NCBI RefSeq assembly: GCF_009914755.1
Contig: NC_060938.1
Direction: 5' to 3' (one strand)
Source: the human T2T-CHM13v2.0 reference genome, Homo sapiens
DNA length: 64,000 bases
Shown: piece by piece, positions 34,401-55,996 of the stretch
Layout: every line of letters starts with the position of its first letter
Position numbering within the stretch: position 1 is the first letter of the stretch
Program-made: the position numbers and the translations under genes
Notes under the pieces: generated by a model
Seen by the model: only the letters and a program-made list of their open reading frames with translations
What the model was told of the DNA's origin: nothing
The model's database searches: none

Positions 34401-36173
34401 AATTTTGAGAGGTCTCGCCACTGATCACCCAAGGGATGTAACTCTTGTCTAGGCTCTGCCTACAGGGGAATTGTGAGAGGTCTCGCCACTGATCACCCAA
34501 GTGATGTAACTCTTGTCTAGGCTTTGCCTACAGGGGGCTTTGTGACATACCTTTCCACTGAACACCCAGGTGATGTAACACATCTAAGTTCGGCCTAAAG
34601 GAGCTTTGTGACATATCTCTGCACTGATCACTTAGGTGATGTAACACTTTTATAATCACTGCCTACAGGGAATTTGACGAATCTCTGCACTGATCACCTA
34701 GGTGATGTAACTCTTGTCTACCCTCTGCCCAAAGGGGGCATTGTGAAATATCTCTGCACTGATTACCCAGGTGAATCAACTCTTGTCTAGGATCTGCATA
34801 CAGGGGGTATTGTGAAATCTCTCTGAACTCATCAACAAGGGGATGTAACTCTTGTCTAAACTCTGCCTACAGGGGCGTTTTCACATATCCCTGAACGGAT
34901 GACAAAGGTGATGTAACTCTTGCCTAGGCTTTGCCCACAGGGGATATTGTGACATATCTCTGCACTGATCACCCAGGTGATGCAATTCTTCTCTTTGCTC
35001 TGCCTACAGGGGACATTTTGACATATCCCTGCACAGATCACCCAGGTGATGCAACTCTTCTCTATGCTCTGCCTACAGGGGGCATTGTGACATATCTCTA
35101 CAGTGATCACCCAGTTGATGTACCTCTTTTCTAGTGTCTGCCTTCAGAGGACGTTGTGACATCACTCTGCACGGATCACCTGCGTTATGTAACTCTTGTC
35201 TAGGCTCTGCCTATGGGGGAATTGTGACTTATCTCCGCACTGATCACCCAGGAGATATGACTCTTGTCTAAGCTCTGCCTAGAGGGACATTGGGACATGT
35301 CTCTGCACTGAACACTTAGATGATGTAAAACTTGTCTAGGCTTTGCCTACAGTGGAACTTATGACATATCTGTGCACTGATCACCCAGGCGATGTAACTC
35401 TTCTGTAGGTTCTGCTTACAGGGGGTATTGTGAGATATCTCTGCCCTGATCACACAAGTGATGTAACTAGTGTCTAGGCTCTGACTACAGGGGCATTGTG
35501 ACATATCTCTGCAGTGATCACTCATGTGATGTAACGCTTGTCTAAGCTGCACCTAAAGGGGAATTGTGACCGATATCTCCACTGATCACCCAGGTGATGT
35601 AACAGTTTTCTGGGATTTGTCTACAGGGGGCTTTGTGACATATCTTTGGACTGATGACCCAGGAGATATAACTCTTGTCTAGGTTTGGCCTACAGGGTCT
35701 TTGTGTCATATTTCTGCACTGATCACCCAGGTGATGTAACAGTTGTTTAGGCTCTGCCTACAGGGGCTTTGTGACATATCTCTGCAGTGATCACCCCAGG
35801 GAGGAAACAGTTGTCTACACTCTGCCTACGGGAGGCTTTATGACTTATCCCTGCACTCATCACTAGGTGATGTAACACTTGTCTAGGCTCTGTCTACACG
35901 GGAATTTTCACATATCTCTACACTGATCACCTAAGTGATGTAACCCTTGTCTAGGTTCAGCCTACTGGGGATTTCTGACATAGCTATGCACTGATCACCG
36001 AGGTGATGTAAATCATTTCCAGGCTTTTTGTACAGGGGACATTATGATATATCTCTGCACTGATCACCCAAATGATGCAAATCTTCTCTAGGTTCCGCAG
36101 GGAGGGGGCATTGTTACATATTTCTGAACTGATCATGCAGGAGATGTAACTATTCTCCAGGCTTTGACTAAAG
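31474..36173 (-). repeat. Beta-satellite array (~4.7 kb)
   Basis: Tandem 68-bp monomers. Confidence 0.97.
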
Positions 36174-37034
36174 AGCGTTGGAAGGTGTTGGGAGAGCCTC
36201 AGCCAGAATTTCATGGACGGACAAGGGCACAGAGAGGCCAGCGGGCTCCCTTGCACGTCAGCCAGTGTGCGCAATGAGCGCAGGTGTATCCAGGAGGCCG
36301 GCAAAGAGAGCTAGAGGTCTGCGTTCCGCCCCCAGGTGCTCCGTGTTGGCAGCTGAGAGGCTGCAGGGGCACGGGCGGGCCGGCAATGGTGGTGCGGAGG
36401 CGCAGAGGAGTCGAGCCGCCGGAGGGGTGTCTGGCCTGGACGCTGCGTGGATCCGGTGTTTCACGGGACACTTGTCTCCACCCAGCCCATGGGAGGACTC
36501 ATTTTCCTGCTGGGGTGAATGTGTGGATGGTGTGCTCAGGCGGCGGTGGGGTGGAGGAAAGGCAGGAGAGCTCTGACCGGGCTGCTCCCACAGCCTAGAC
36601 GGCTGCCCACAAACCCGCACGTGCGCAGTGGGCGGCCCAACTGCTGGTACTTGGGCCGGCTCTGGGATCCCTGGGATGCCCAGGAAAGGATGGCAGTTCT
36701 CTGCTTTGTGGAGTCTGTCACTGTGCCTAGAAGTAGAAGGCAGGATTCCCAGGCCGGTTAGCCCGGTGGAGGGGGCGGGGGGAAGACACGCCCCACCATA
36801 GCCAGCCAGGTGTTCCCCGCGAAAGAGAGGCCACCACCCTGCCCCGACCCGAACCCGTCCCAACCCCGCGTCCTAAACCTCCTCCAGCAGAGCCCGGTAT
36901 TCTTCCTCGCTGAGGGGTGTTTCCAGTGAGGCGGCCTCTTCGAAGGCCTCCAGCTCACCCGGGGCCTCCATTTCTAGGAAACGTTGCCCCTGCTGCAGAA
37001 ACTCTGGGCTCGCCAGGAGCTCATCCAGCAGCAG
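36174..37034 (-). repeat. D4Z4-like unit G (3' end only plus pLAM-like tail)
   Basis: Paralogous to the 3' ~860 bp of unit A. Confidence 0.9.
36873..37034 (-). pseudogene. DUX4L: DUX4-like fragment G (last ~53 codons)
   Basis: [15 protein letters not shown]...[11 protein letters not shown]. Confidence 0.85.
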
Positions 37035-40000
37035 TGAATCCTGCAGTGATCCTGCAGTGCATCCTGCAGTGATCACGCAGGTGTTATAACTCTTGTCTAT
37101 ATCTGCCTTCAGGCGGCATTGTGGCATACTTCTTCACTGGTCACCCAGATGATGGACTCTTCTCTTGGATCTGCCTATGGGAGCATAGTGACATATCTGC
37201 AGTGATGATCACCCGGGTTATGTAACTCTTTTCTATGCTGTGCCAACGGGGGCATTGTGACTTATCTCTGCACTGATCACCCAGGAGATGTGACTCTTGT
37301 CTAAGCTCTGCCTAGAGCGACATTGGTACATATCTCTCCACTGATCGCTGAGGTGATGTAAAACTTGTCTAGGCTTTGCCTACAGTGAGATTTATGACAT
37401 ATCTCTACACTGATCACCCAGGTGATGTAACTCTGGTCTAGGCTCTGCTTACAGGGCATATTGTGATATATGTCTGCACTGTTCACCCAGGTGATGTAAC
37501 TCTTGTCTAGGCTCTGCCTACAGGGGCATTTTAACATATCACTGTACTGATCACTGAGATGATGTAACTCTTGTATAGGCTTTGATGACAGGGGGCATTG
37601 AGACATAACTGTGCACTGATTACCAAGGTGATGCAACTCTTGTCTGGGATCTGCTTACAGGGGGCATTGTGATATATCTCTGCCCTGATCACCAAGGTGA
37701 TGTAACTCTTGTCTAGGCTGTGCCTACAGGGGCATTGTGACAGAACTCTGCACTGATCACCCAGGTGATGGGACCCTTGTCTCGGCTCTGCCAACAGTGG
37801 CGTTGTGAAATATCCCTGCACTGATCACCCAGGTGATGTAAATATTTTCTAGGATGTGCCTACAGGGTGCTTTGTGACATATCCCTGCAATGATCACCCA
37901 GGTGATATACCACTTGTCAAGGCTCTGCCTACAGGGACATTGCGATGTATCTCTGCACTGATCACCTAGGTCATGTAACACTTGTCTAGGCTCTGCCTAC
38001 AGTGGCATTGTGACATATCTCTGCACTGATCACCCAGGTGATGTAACTCTTTTCTGGGATCGGCCTACAGTGTGCTTTGTGACATATCCCTGCAATGATC
38101 ACCCAGGTGATGCACCACTTGTCAAGGCTTTGCCTACAGGGACATTGCGATGTATCCCTGCACTGAACACCTAGGTCATGTAACTGTTGTCTAGGCTCTG
38201 CCTGCAGTAGCATTGTGACATATCTCTGCACTGATCATCCATGTGATGTAACTCTTGTCTCGGATCTGCCTAAAGGGACTTTGTGACATAACTCTGCACT
38301 GATCATCCAGGTGATGGGGCTTCTGTCAAGGCTCTGCCTAAGGGGGCATTGTGAAATATTTCTGCACTGATCACCCAGGTGACGGACTCTTGTCTTGGAT
38401 CTGCCTATGGGGGAACTGGGATATAACACTGCACTGATCACCCAGGTGATGTAACTGTTGTATAAGCTCTGCCTACAGGGGAATTGTGAGAGATCTCGCC
38501 ACTGATCACCCAAGTGATGTAACTATTGTCTAGGCTTTGCCTACAGGGGGCTTTGTGACATACTTTTGCACAGATCACCCAGGTGACGTAACTCATCTAA
38601 GTTTGTCTACAGGAGATTTGTGACCTATCTCTGCACTGATTACTTAGGTGATGTAACACTTTTATAAGCACAGCCTACAGGGAATTTTGAGAAATCTCTG
38701 CACTGATCACCTAGTTTCTGTAACTCTTGTCTACCCTCTGCCCAAAGGGGGCATTGAGAAATATCTCTGCACTGATCACCCAGGTGATTCAACTCTTGTC
38801 TAGGATCCGCCTACAGGGGGTATTGTGAAATATCTCTGCACTGATCAACTAGGTGATGTAACTCTTGTGTAGGCTCTGCCTACAGGGGCGTTTTCACATA
38901 TCCCTGAACTGATGACAAAGGTGATGTAATTCTTGCCTAGGCTTTGCCTACAGGGGGCATTGTGACATATCACTGCACTGATCACCCAGGTGATGTAACT
39001 CTTTTCTAGTCTCTGCCTACAGACGGCGTTGTGACATCACTCTGCACGGATCACACGGGTTATGTAACTGCTGTCTATGCTCTGCCTACGGGGGCATTGT
39101 GACTTATCTCTGCACTGATCACCCAGGAGATGTGACTCTTGTCTAAGCTCTGCCTAGAGGGACATTGGGACATATCTCAGCACTGATCGCTGAGGTGATG
39201 TAAACTTGTCTAGGCTTTGCCTATGGTGGGATTTATGACATATCTGCACTGATCACCCAGGTGATGTAACTCTTGTCTAGGCTCTGCTTAGAGGGGGTAT
39301 TGTGGGATATCTCTGCACTGATGCCCAAGGTGATGTAACTCTTGTCTAGGCTCTGCCTACAGTTAAGATTTAACATATCACTGCACTGATCACCGAGATG
39401 ATGTAACTCATGTATAGGCTTCGTCGACAGGGGCCACTGAGACATATCCCTGCACTGATCACCGAGGTGATGCAACTCTTGTCTGGGATCTGCTTAGAGG
39501 GGGCATTTTTTCATATCTCTGCCCTGATCATCCAGGTGATGTAACTCTTGTCTAGGATCTGCCTACTGGAGACATTGTGACATGTCTCCACAGTGATCAC
39601 CCATGTGATGTCACTATTGTCATGGATATGGCTACAGGGGCATTGTGATATGTTACTGCACTGATCACACAGCTGATGTAACACTTGTCTAGGCTCTGCC
39701 ACAAGGGGGCATTGTGACATAACTCTGCACTGATCACCCAGGTGATGGTACTCTTGTCTAGGCTCTGCCTACAGGGGCATTGTGATATATCTGTGCAGTG
39801 ATCACGCAGGTGATGTAACTCTTGTCTATATCGGCCTTCTGATGGCATTGTGACATATTTCTGCACTGATCACCCAGGTGATGAACTCTTGTCTTGGATC
39901 TGCCTATGGGGGCATAGTGACATATCACTGCACTGATCACTCATGTGATGTAACGCTTGTCTGAGCTGCGCCTAAAGGGGAATTGTGACAGATATCTCCC

Positions 40001-41616
40001 CTGATCACCCAGGTCATATAACAATTTTCTGGGATTTTTCTACAGGGGGCTTTGTGACATATCTTTCCACTGATCACCCAGGAGATGTAACTCTTGTCTA
40101 GGCTCGGCCTACAGAAGGTTTGTGACATATTTCTGTACTGATCACCCAGGTGTTATAACTCTTGTTTAGGCTCCACATACAGGGGGTATTGTGACGTACC
40201 TCTGCACTGATCACCCAGGTGATGTAACTTTTATCTAGGCTCTGCCTACAGGGGCGTTTTGACATAGCTCAGCACAGATCACCTAGGTTATGTAACTCTT
40301 GTCCTCTCTCTGCCCTCAGGGGGCATTGTGAAATATCTCTTCACTGATCACCCAGGTGATGGGACTCTTCTCTATACTCTGCCTAGAGGGGGATTTGTGA
40401 CATATCTCTGCACTGATCACAGAGGTGATGGAAGTCTTGTCTAGGCTCTGTCTATGGGGCATTTTGTGAAATATCTTCACTGATCACCCAGGTGATGTAA
40501 GTGTTGTCTATGCTCTGTCTACAGGGATTTTTGTGACATATCACTGCAGTGATCACCTAGGTGATGTAAGCCTTGTGTGGGCTTTGCCTACAGAAGGCTT
40601 TGTGACATATCTATGCACTGATCTCTGAGGTCAAGCAACTCTTGTCTAGGCACTGCCTACAGGGGACATTGGTATATATCTCTGCACTGATCACCCAGGT
40701 GATGGACTGTTGTCTTAGATCTGCCTACATGGACATTGTGACACATCTCTGAACTGATCAACCAAGTGATGAAACCCTTGTCTGGGCTCTGCTTACATGA
40801 GATTTGTGACACATCTCTGCACTGATCACGCTGGGGAGGTAACTCTTGTCTACAGTCTGCCTACAGGAGGCTTTATGACTTATACCTGCACTGATAACCT
40901 AGGTGATGTAAGACTTGTCTAGACTCTGCCTACACGGGAATTCTCACATATCTCTGCACTGATCACCCGGGTGATGTAACTCCTGTCTAGGTTCAGCCTA
41001 CAGGAGAGTTTTGACATATCTCTGCACTGATCACCCAGGTGATGTAACCCTTGTCAAAGCTCTGCCTACAGGGGCATTGTGACAGATCTCTCCACTGCTC
41101 ACCCAGGTGATGTAACAATTGTCTGGGCTTTGCCTACAGGGGACTTTGTGATATACATTTCCACTGATCAAACAGGTGATGAAAACCTTGTCAAGGTTGT
41201 GCTTGCAGGGGCTTTGTGACATATCTCTGCACTGATCACCCAAGGGAGGAAACACTTGTCTACACTCTGCCTACAGGAGGATTTACGACTTATCCCTGCA
41301 CTGATCAGTAGGTGATGTAACATTTGTCTAGGCTCTGTCTTCACGGGAATTTTCACATATGTCTACACTGATCACCTAAGTGATGTATCCCTTGTCTAGG
41401 TTCAGCCTACTGGGGATTTGTGACATGCCTATCCATTGATCACTAAGGTGATGTAAATCATTTCTAGGCTTTTTTACAGGGGACATTGTGATATATCTCT
41501 GCACTGATCACCCAAATGTTGCAAATCTTCTCTAGGCTCTGCAAGGAGGGGCATTGTGACATATTTCTGAACTGATCTTTCAGGAGATGTAACTTTTCTC
41601 CAGGCTTTGACTAAAC
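37035..41616 (-). repeat. Beta-satellite array (~4.6 kb)
   Basis: Tandem 68-bp monomers. Confidence 0.97.
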
Positions 41617-42274
41617 AGCGTCGGAAGGTGTCAGCCAGAATTTCAAGTTCGGACAAGGGCACAGAGAGGCCAGCGGGCTCCCTTGCACATCAGCCGGGGT
41701 GCGCAATGAGCGCAGGTCTATCCAGGAGGCCGACAAAGAGAGCAAGAGGTCTGCGTTACGCTGCCAGGCACTCCATGGTGGCAGCTGGGAGGCTGCAGGG
41801 GCACGGGCGGGCCAGAAACGGTGGCGCGGAGGCACAGAGGAGGCGCACCGCCATAGGGGTGTCAGGCCTGGACGCTGCGTGAGCCCGGTGTTTCGCGGGA
41901 CAAGGGTCTCCACCCTGCCAGGGGAGGACGCATTTTCTGGAGGTGGGGGGGTGTGGGGAGGTGTTGGTCAGGCGGGGGTGGGGTGGTTGAAAGGCATGAG
42001 AGCTCTGCCCGGGCTGCTCCCACGTGCGCATTATGCGGTCCACCTGCTGGTACCTGGGCCGGCTCTGGGATCCCCGGGATGCCCAGGAAAGAATGGCAGT
42101 TCTCCGCTGTGTGGAGTCTCTCACCGGGCCAAGACCTGGAAGGCAGGAATCCCAGGCCGGTCAGCCTGGTTGAGGGGGCGGGGGATGACATGCCCCTCCA
42201 TAGCCAGCCAGGTGTTCCCCGTGAAAGAGAGGTCACTGCCCTGCCCCAACCCGACCCTGTCCCAACCCCGCGTC

Positions 42275-43704
<1,430 letters not shown>

Positions 43705-44313
43705 CGGTGAGCCCTCGGACAGCCCGCACCACCACAGAAGGGTCCCAGGGCGTCAAGGCCTGCGGCGGGGGGTGGGGTGGGGGTGAGGGCATGGTGATGG
43801 CGGTGGTGGGGCGGGAGTCACAAAGAGGATGGGGGCGAGGGGGAAGGGGTGGGGGGCGCGTTTCAGGGGCTGGCTCTCCGCACCTCTGCAGGAATCCCGC
43901 GGGAACTGGACGCCGCTCTCTGGGCTCCCATTCGTCTTCAGCAGGGAGAAACCGGCCTGGGAGGGTGGAGGGGAGTGTGGAACTGAACTTCCGTGGGAGT
44001 CTGGAGTGTTCCAGGCCCTCTCTCCGTGAAGGAGGCAATGTCTGTGTGTGTCGCCATTGCCGGGACAGTCTCACACGCGTAGGCGGGTGGCTCTCGTTCA
44101 TTTCCATGTAGGAGACCATAGTGAGATCCCAGAGAGAAGATGCCTCCCAGGCGTGATGGCCTGACAATGGATTCCCGTGTGTGGCAACATCGGGAGACTT
44201 CAGTGTGACCGGTGTGGAACCTGGCAAGGAGAGCAAAGGGACGATGCAGGTCTTCCACCCTTCCATGCATGTTTCCCGGTGACCGCAGAGCTCCGGGAGT
44301 AAACAGTCAGCAT

Positions 44314-47300
44314 GACACATCTCTGAACTGATCAAAAAAGTGATGTAACACTTGTCTAGGCTCTGCCTACAGGGGCTTTGTGACATATCTCTGCACTGAT
44401 CACTCAGGTGATGGGACTTTTGTCTAGGCTCTGCCTATGGGGGCATTGTGACATATCTCTACACTGATCACCCAGGTGATGTAACTCTTTTCTAGGCTCT
44501 GCCTACAGAGGTCGTTGTGACATCACTCTGCACTGATCACCCGGGTTATGTAACACTTGTCTAGGCTCTGCCTATGGGGGCATTGTGACTTTTCTCTGCA
44601 CTGATCACCCAGGAGATGTGACTCTTGTCTAAGCACTGCCTAGAGAGACATTGGGACATGTCTCTGCACTGATCGCTGAGGTGATGTAAAACTTGTCTAG
44701 GCTTTGCCTTCGATGAGATTTATGACATATCTCTGCACTGATCACCCAGGTGATGTCACTCTTGTCTAGGCTCTGCTTACAGGGGTTATTTTGAGATATC
44801 TCTGCACTGATCACCCAGGTGATGTAACTCTTGTCTAGCCTCTGCCTACAGGGGCATTTAAACATATCACTGCACTGATCACCGAGTTGATGTAACTCTT
44901 GTATAGGTTTCACAGACTGGGGGCATTGAGACATATCTCTGCACTGATCACCGAGGTGATGCAATTCTCATCTGGGATCTGCTTACAGGGGGCATTGTGA
45001 TGTATCTCAGCTCTGATTACCCAGGTGATGTAACCGTAGTCTAGGCTCTGCCAAAAGGGAGCATTGTGACATAACTCTGCACTGATCACCCAGGTGATGG
45101 GACTCTTGTCTAGGCTCTGCCTACAGGGGCATTGTGACATATCTCTGCAGTGATCACCCAGGTGATGTAACTCTTCTCTATATCTGCCTACTGGCGGCAT
45201 TGTGGCATATTTCTGCACTGATCACCCAGGTGATGGACTCTTGCCTTAGTTCTGCCTATGGGGGCATAGTGACATATCTCTGCACGATCACTCATGTGAT
45301 GTAATGTTTGTCTAAGCTGCGCCTAAAGGGGATTTTGACAGATATCTCCACTGATCACCCAGGTGGTGTAACAATTTTCTGGGATTTGTCTACAGGGGGC
45401 TTTCTGACATATCTTTGCACTGATTACCCAGGAGATGTAACCTTTGTCTAGGCTCGGCCTACAGGGACTTTCTGACATATTTCTGTACTGATCACCCAGG
45501 AGATGTAACTCTTGTCTAGGCTCCACCTACAGGGGGTATTGTGACGTATCTCTGCAGTGATCACCCAGGTGATGTAACATTTGTCTAGGCTCTGCCTACA
45601 GGGTCGTTTTGACATAGCTCTTCCCAGATCACCTAGGTTATGTAACTCTTCTCCACTCTCTGCCTACAGGGACATTGTGAAATATCTCTGCACTGATCAC
45701 GCAGGTAATGGGACCCTTCTCTGTACTATGCATAGAGGGAGTTTGTGACATATTTCTGCACTGATCACCCAGGTGATGGAAGTCTTGTCTAGGCTCTGTC
45801 TATGGGGGCATTGTGTCAAATATCTGCACTGATCACCCAGGTGATGTAACTCTTTTCTAGGCTCTGTCTACAGGGATTTTTGTGACATATCACTGCACTG
45901 TTCTCCTAGGTGATGTTAGGATTGTATGTGCTTTGCGTACAGAAGGCTTTGTGACATATCTATGCACTGATGATCCAAGTGATGTAACACTTGTCTAGGA
46001 TCTGCCTAAAGGGACTTTGTGACATAATTCTGCACTGATCATCCAGGTGATGGGGCTTTTGTCTAGGCTCTGCCTAATGGGGCAGTGTGACATATTTCTG
46101 CACTGATCACCCAGGTGACAGATTCTTGTCTTGGATCTGCCCATGGGGGCATCGTGACATATCTCTGCACTGATCACCCAGGTGATGTAAATATTGTCTA
46201 CGCTTTGCCTACAGGGGGCTTTGTGACATACCTTTGCACTGATCACCCAGGTGATGTAGCTCATCTAAGTTCTGCTTACAGGAGCTTTGTGGCATATCTC
46301 TGCACTGATCACTTAGGGGATGTAACACTTTTATGAACACTGCCTACAGGGAATTTTGACAAATATTTGCACTGATCACCTAGGTGATGTAACTCTTGTC
46401 TACCCTCTGCCCAAAGGGGCATTGTGAAATATCTCTGCACTGATCACCCAGGTGATTCAACTCTTGTCCAGGTTCTGCCTACAGGGGGTATTGTGAAATA
46501 TCTCTGCACTGATCAACTAGGTGATGTAACTCTTGTCTAGGCTCTGCCTAAATGGGTTGTTCTCACATATCCCTGAACTGATGACAAAGGTGATGTAACT
46601 CTTGCCTAAGCTTTGCCTACAGGGGACATTGTGACATATCTCTGCACTGATCACCCAGGTGATGCAACTCTTGTCTATGCTCTGCCTACAGGGGGCATTG
46701 TGACATATCTCTGCACTGATAACCCAGGTGATGCTACTCTTCTCTATGCTCTGCCTACAGGGGGCATTGTGACATATCTCTACACTGATCACCCAGGTGA
46801 AGTAACTCTTTTCTAGGCTCTGCCTACAGAGGGCGTTGTGACATCACTCTGCACGAATCACCCGGGTTATGTAACTCTTGTCTAGGCTCTGCATACGGGG
46901 GCATGGTGACTTATCTCTGCACTGATCACCCAGGAGATGTGACTCTTATCTAAGCTCTGCCTAGAGTGATATTGGGACATAAAGGTGCACTGATCGCTGA
47001 GGTGATGCAAAACTTGTCTAGCCTTTGCCTACAGTGGGATTTATGACATATCTCTGCACTGATCACCTAGGTGATGTAACTCTTGTCTAGGCTCTGCCTA
47101 TAGGGGGCTTGTGTCATATGTCTACATTGATCTCCCAGGAGATATAACACTTTTCTAGGATCTGCCTACAGGGTGCTTTGTGAAATATCCCTGCAATGGT
47201 CATCCAGGTGATATACCACTTGTCAAGGCTCAGCCTACAGGGGCATTGTGATGTATCTCTGCACTGATCACCTAGGTCATGTAACTCTTGTCTAGGCTCT

Positions 47301-49221
47301 GCCTACAGTGGCATTGTGACATACCTCTACACTGATCACCCAGGTGATGTAACTCTTTTCTAGGATCTGCCTACAGGGTGCTTTGTGACATATCCCTGGA
47401 ATGAACACCCAGGTGATGTAATACTTGTCAAGGCTCTGCCTACAGGGACATTGCGATGTATCTCTGCAATGATCACCTAGGTCATGCAACTCTGGTCTAT
47501 GCTCTGCCTACAGTGGCATTGTGACTTATTTCTGCACTGATCATCGAAGTGACGTAACACTTGTCTAGGATCTGCCTAAAGGGACTTTGTGACATAACTC
47601 TGCAGTGATCATCCAGGTGATGAAGCTTTTGTCTAGGCTCTGCCTAAGGGTGCATTGTGACATATTTCTGCACTGATCACCCAGGTGACGGACTCTTGTC
47701 TTGGATCTGCCTATGGGGGCACTGTAACATATCTCTGCACTGATCAACCAGGTGATGTAACTCTTGTCTAGGCTCTGCCTACAGAGGCATTTTAACATAT
47801 CACTGCACTGATCACCGAGATGATGTAACTCTTGTATAGGCTTCGCCGACAGTGCGCATTGAGACATATCTCTGCACTGATCACCGAGGTGATGCAACTC
47901 TTCTCAGGGATCTGCTTACAGGGGGTATTGTGAAATATCTCTGCCCTGATCACCCAGGTGATGTTACTCTTGTCTATGTTCTGCTTGCTGGAGACATTGT
48001 GACATATATCTGCACTGATCACCCAGATGATGACACTTTTGTCAAAGATATGGCTACAGGCACATTGTGACATGTCACTGCACTGATCACACAGCTGATG
48101 TAACCCTTGTCTAGGCTCTAGCTACAGGGGGCTTCTGACACATCTCTGCACTGATCACCCAGGTGATGTAACCCTTGTCTAGCCTCTGCCAAAAGGGGAC
48201 ATTGTGACATAACTCTGCACTGATCACCTTGGTGATGGGACTCTTGTCTAGGCTCTGCCTACAGGGGCATTGTGACATATCTCTGCAGTGATCACGCAGG
48301 TGATGTAACTCTTTTCTATATCTGCCTACTGGTGGCATTGTGGCATATTTCTGCACTGATCACCCAGGTGATGGACTCTTGTCTTGGATCTGCCTATGGG
48401 GGCATAGTGACATATCTCTGCACTGATCACTCATGTGATGTAACACTTGTCTAAGCTGCGCCTAAATGGGAATTGTGACAGATATCTCCACTGATCACCC
48501 AGGTGATTTAACAATTTTCTGGGATTTGTCTACAGGGGGCTTTGTGACATATATTTGCACTGATGACCCAGGAGATGTAACTCTTGTCTAGGCTCGGCCT
48601 ACAGGGTCTTTGTGACATATTTCTGCACTGATCACCCAGGAGATGTAACCGTTGTTTAGGCTCAGCCTACAGGGGCTTTGTGATATATTTCTGTACTGAT
48701 CACCCAGGTGAAGTAACTCTTCTCTAGGCTCCACCTACAGGGGGTATTTTGACGTATCTCTGCACTGATCACCCAGGTGATGTAACATTTATCTAGGCTC
48801 TTCCTACAGGGGCGTTTTGACGTAGCTCTGCACAGATCACCAGGGTTATGTAACTCTTCTTCCCTCTCTGCCTACAAGGGGCATTGTGAAATATATCTGC
48901 ACTGATCACCCAGGTGATGGGTCTCTTCTCTATACTCTGCCTAGAGGGGTATTTGTGACATATCTCTGCACTGATCACCCAGGTGATGGAATTCTTGTCT
49001 AGGTTCAGCCTACTGGGGATTTCTGACATACTTATGCACTGATCACCGAGGTAATGTAAATCATTTCCAGGCTTTTTGTACAGGGTACATTGTGGTATGT
49101 CTCTGCACTGATCACCCAAATGATGCAAATCATCTCTAGGCTCCACAGGGAGGGGGTATTGTGACATATTTCTGAACTGATCATCCAGGAGATGTAACTA
49201 TTCTCCAGGCTTTGACTAAAG
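44314..49221 (-). repeat. Beta-satellite array (~4.9 kb)
   Basis: Tandem 68-bp monomers. Confidence 0.97.
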
Positions 49222-55996
<6,775 letters not shown>

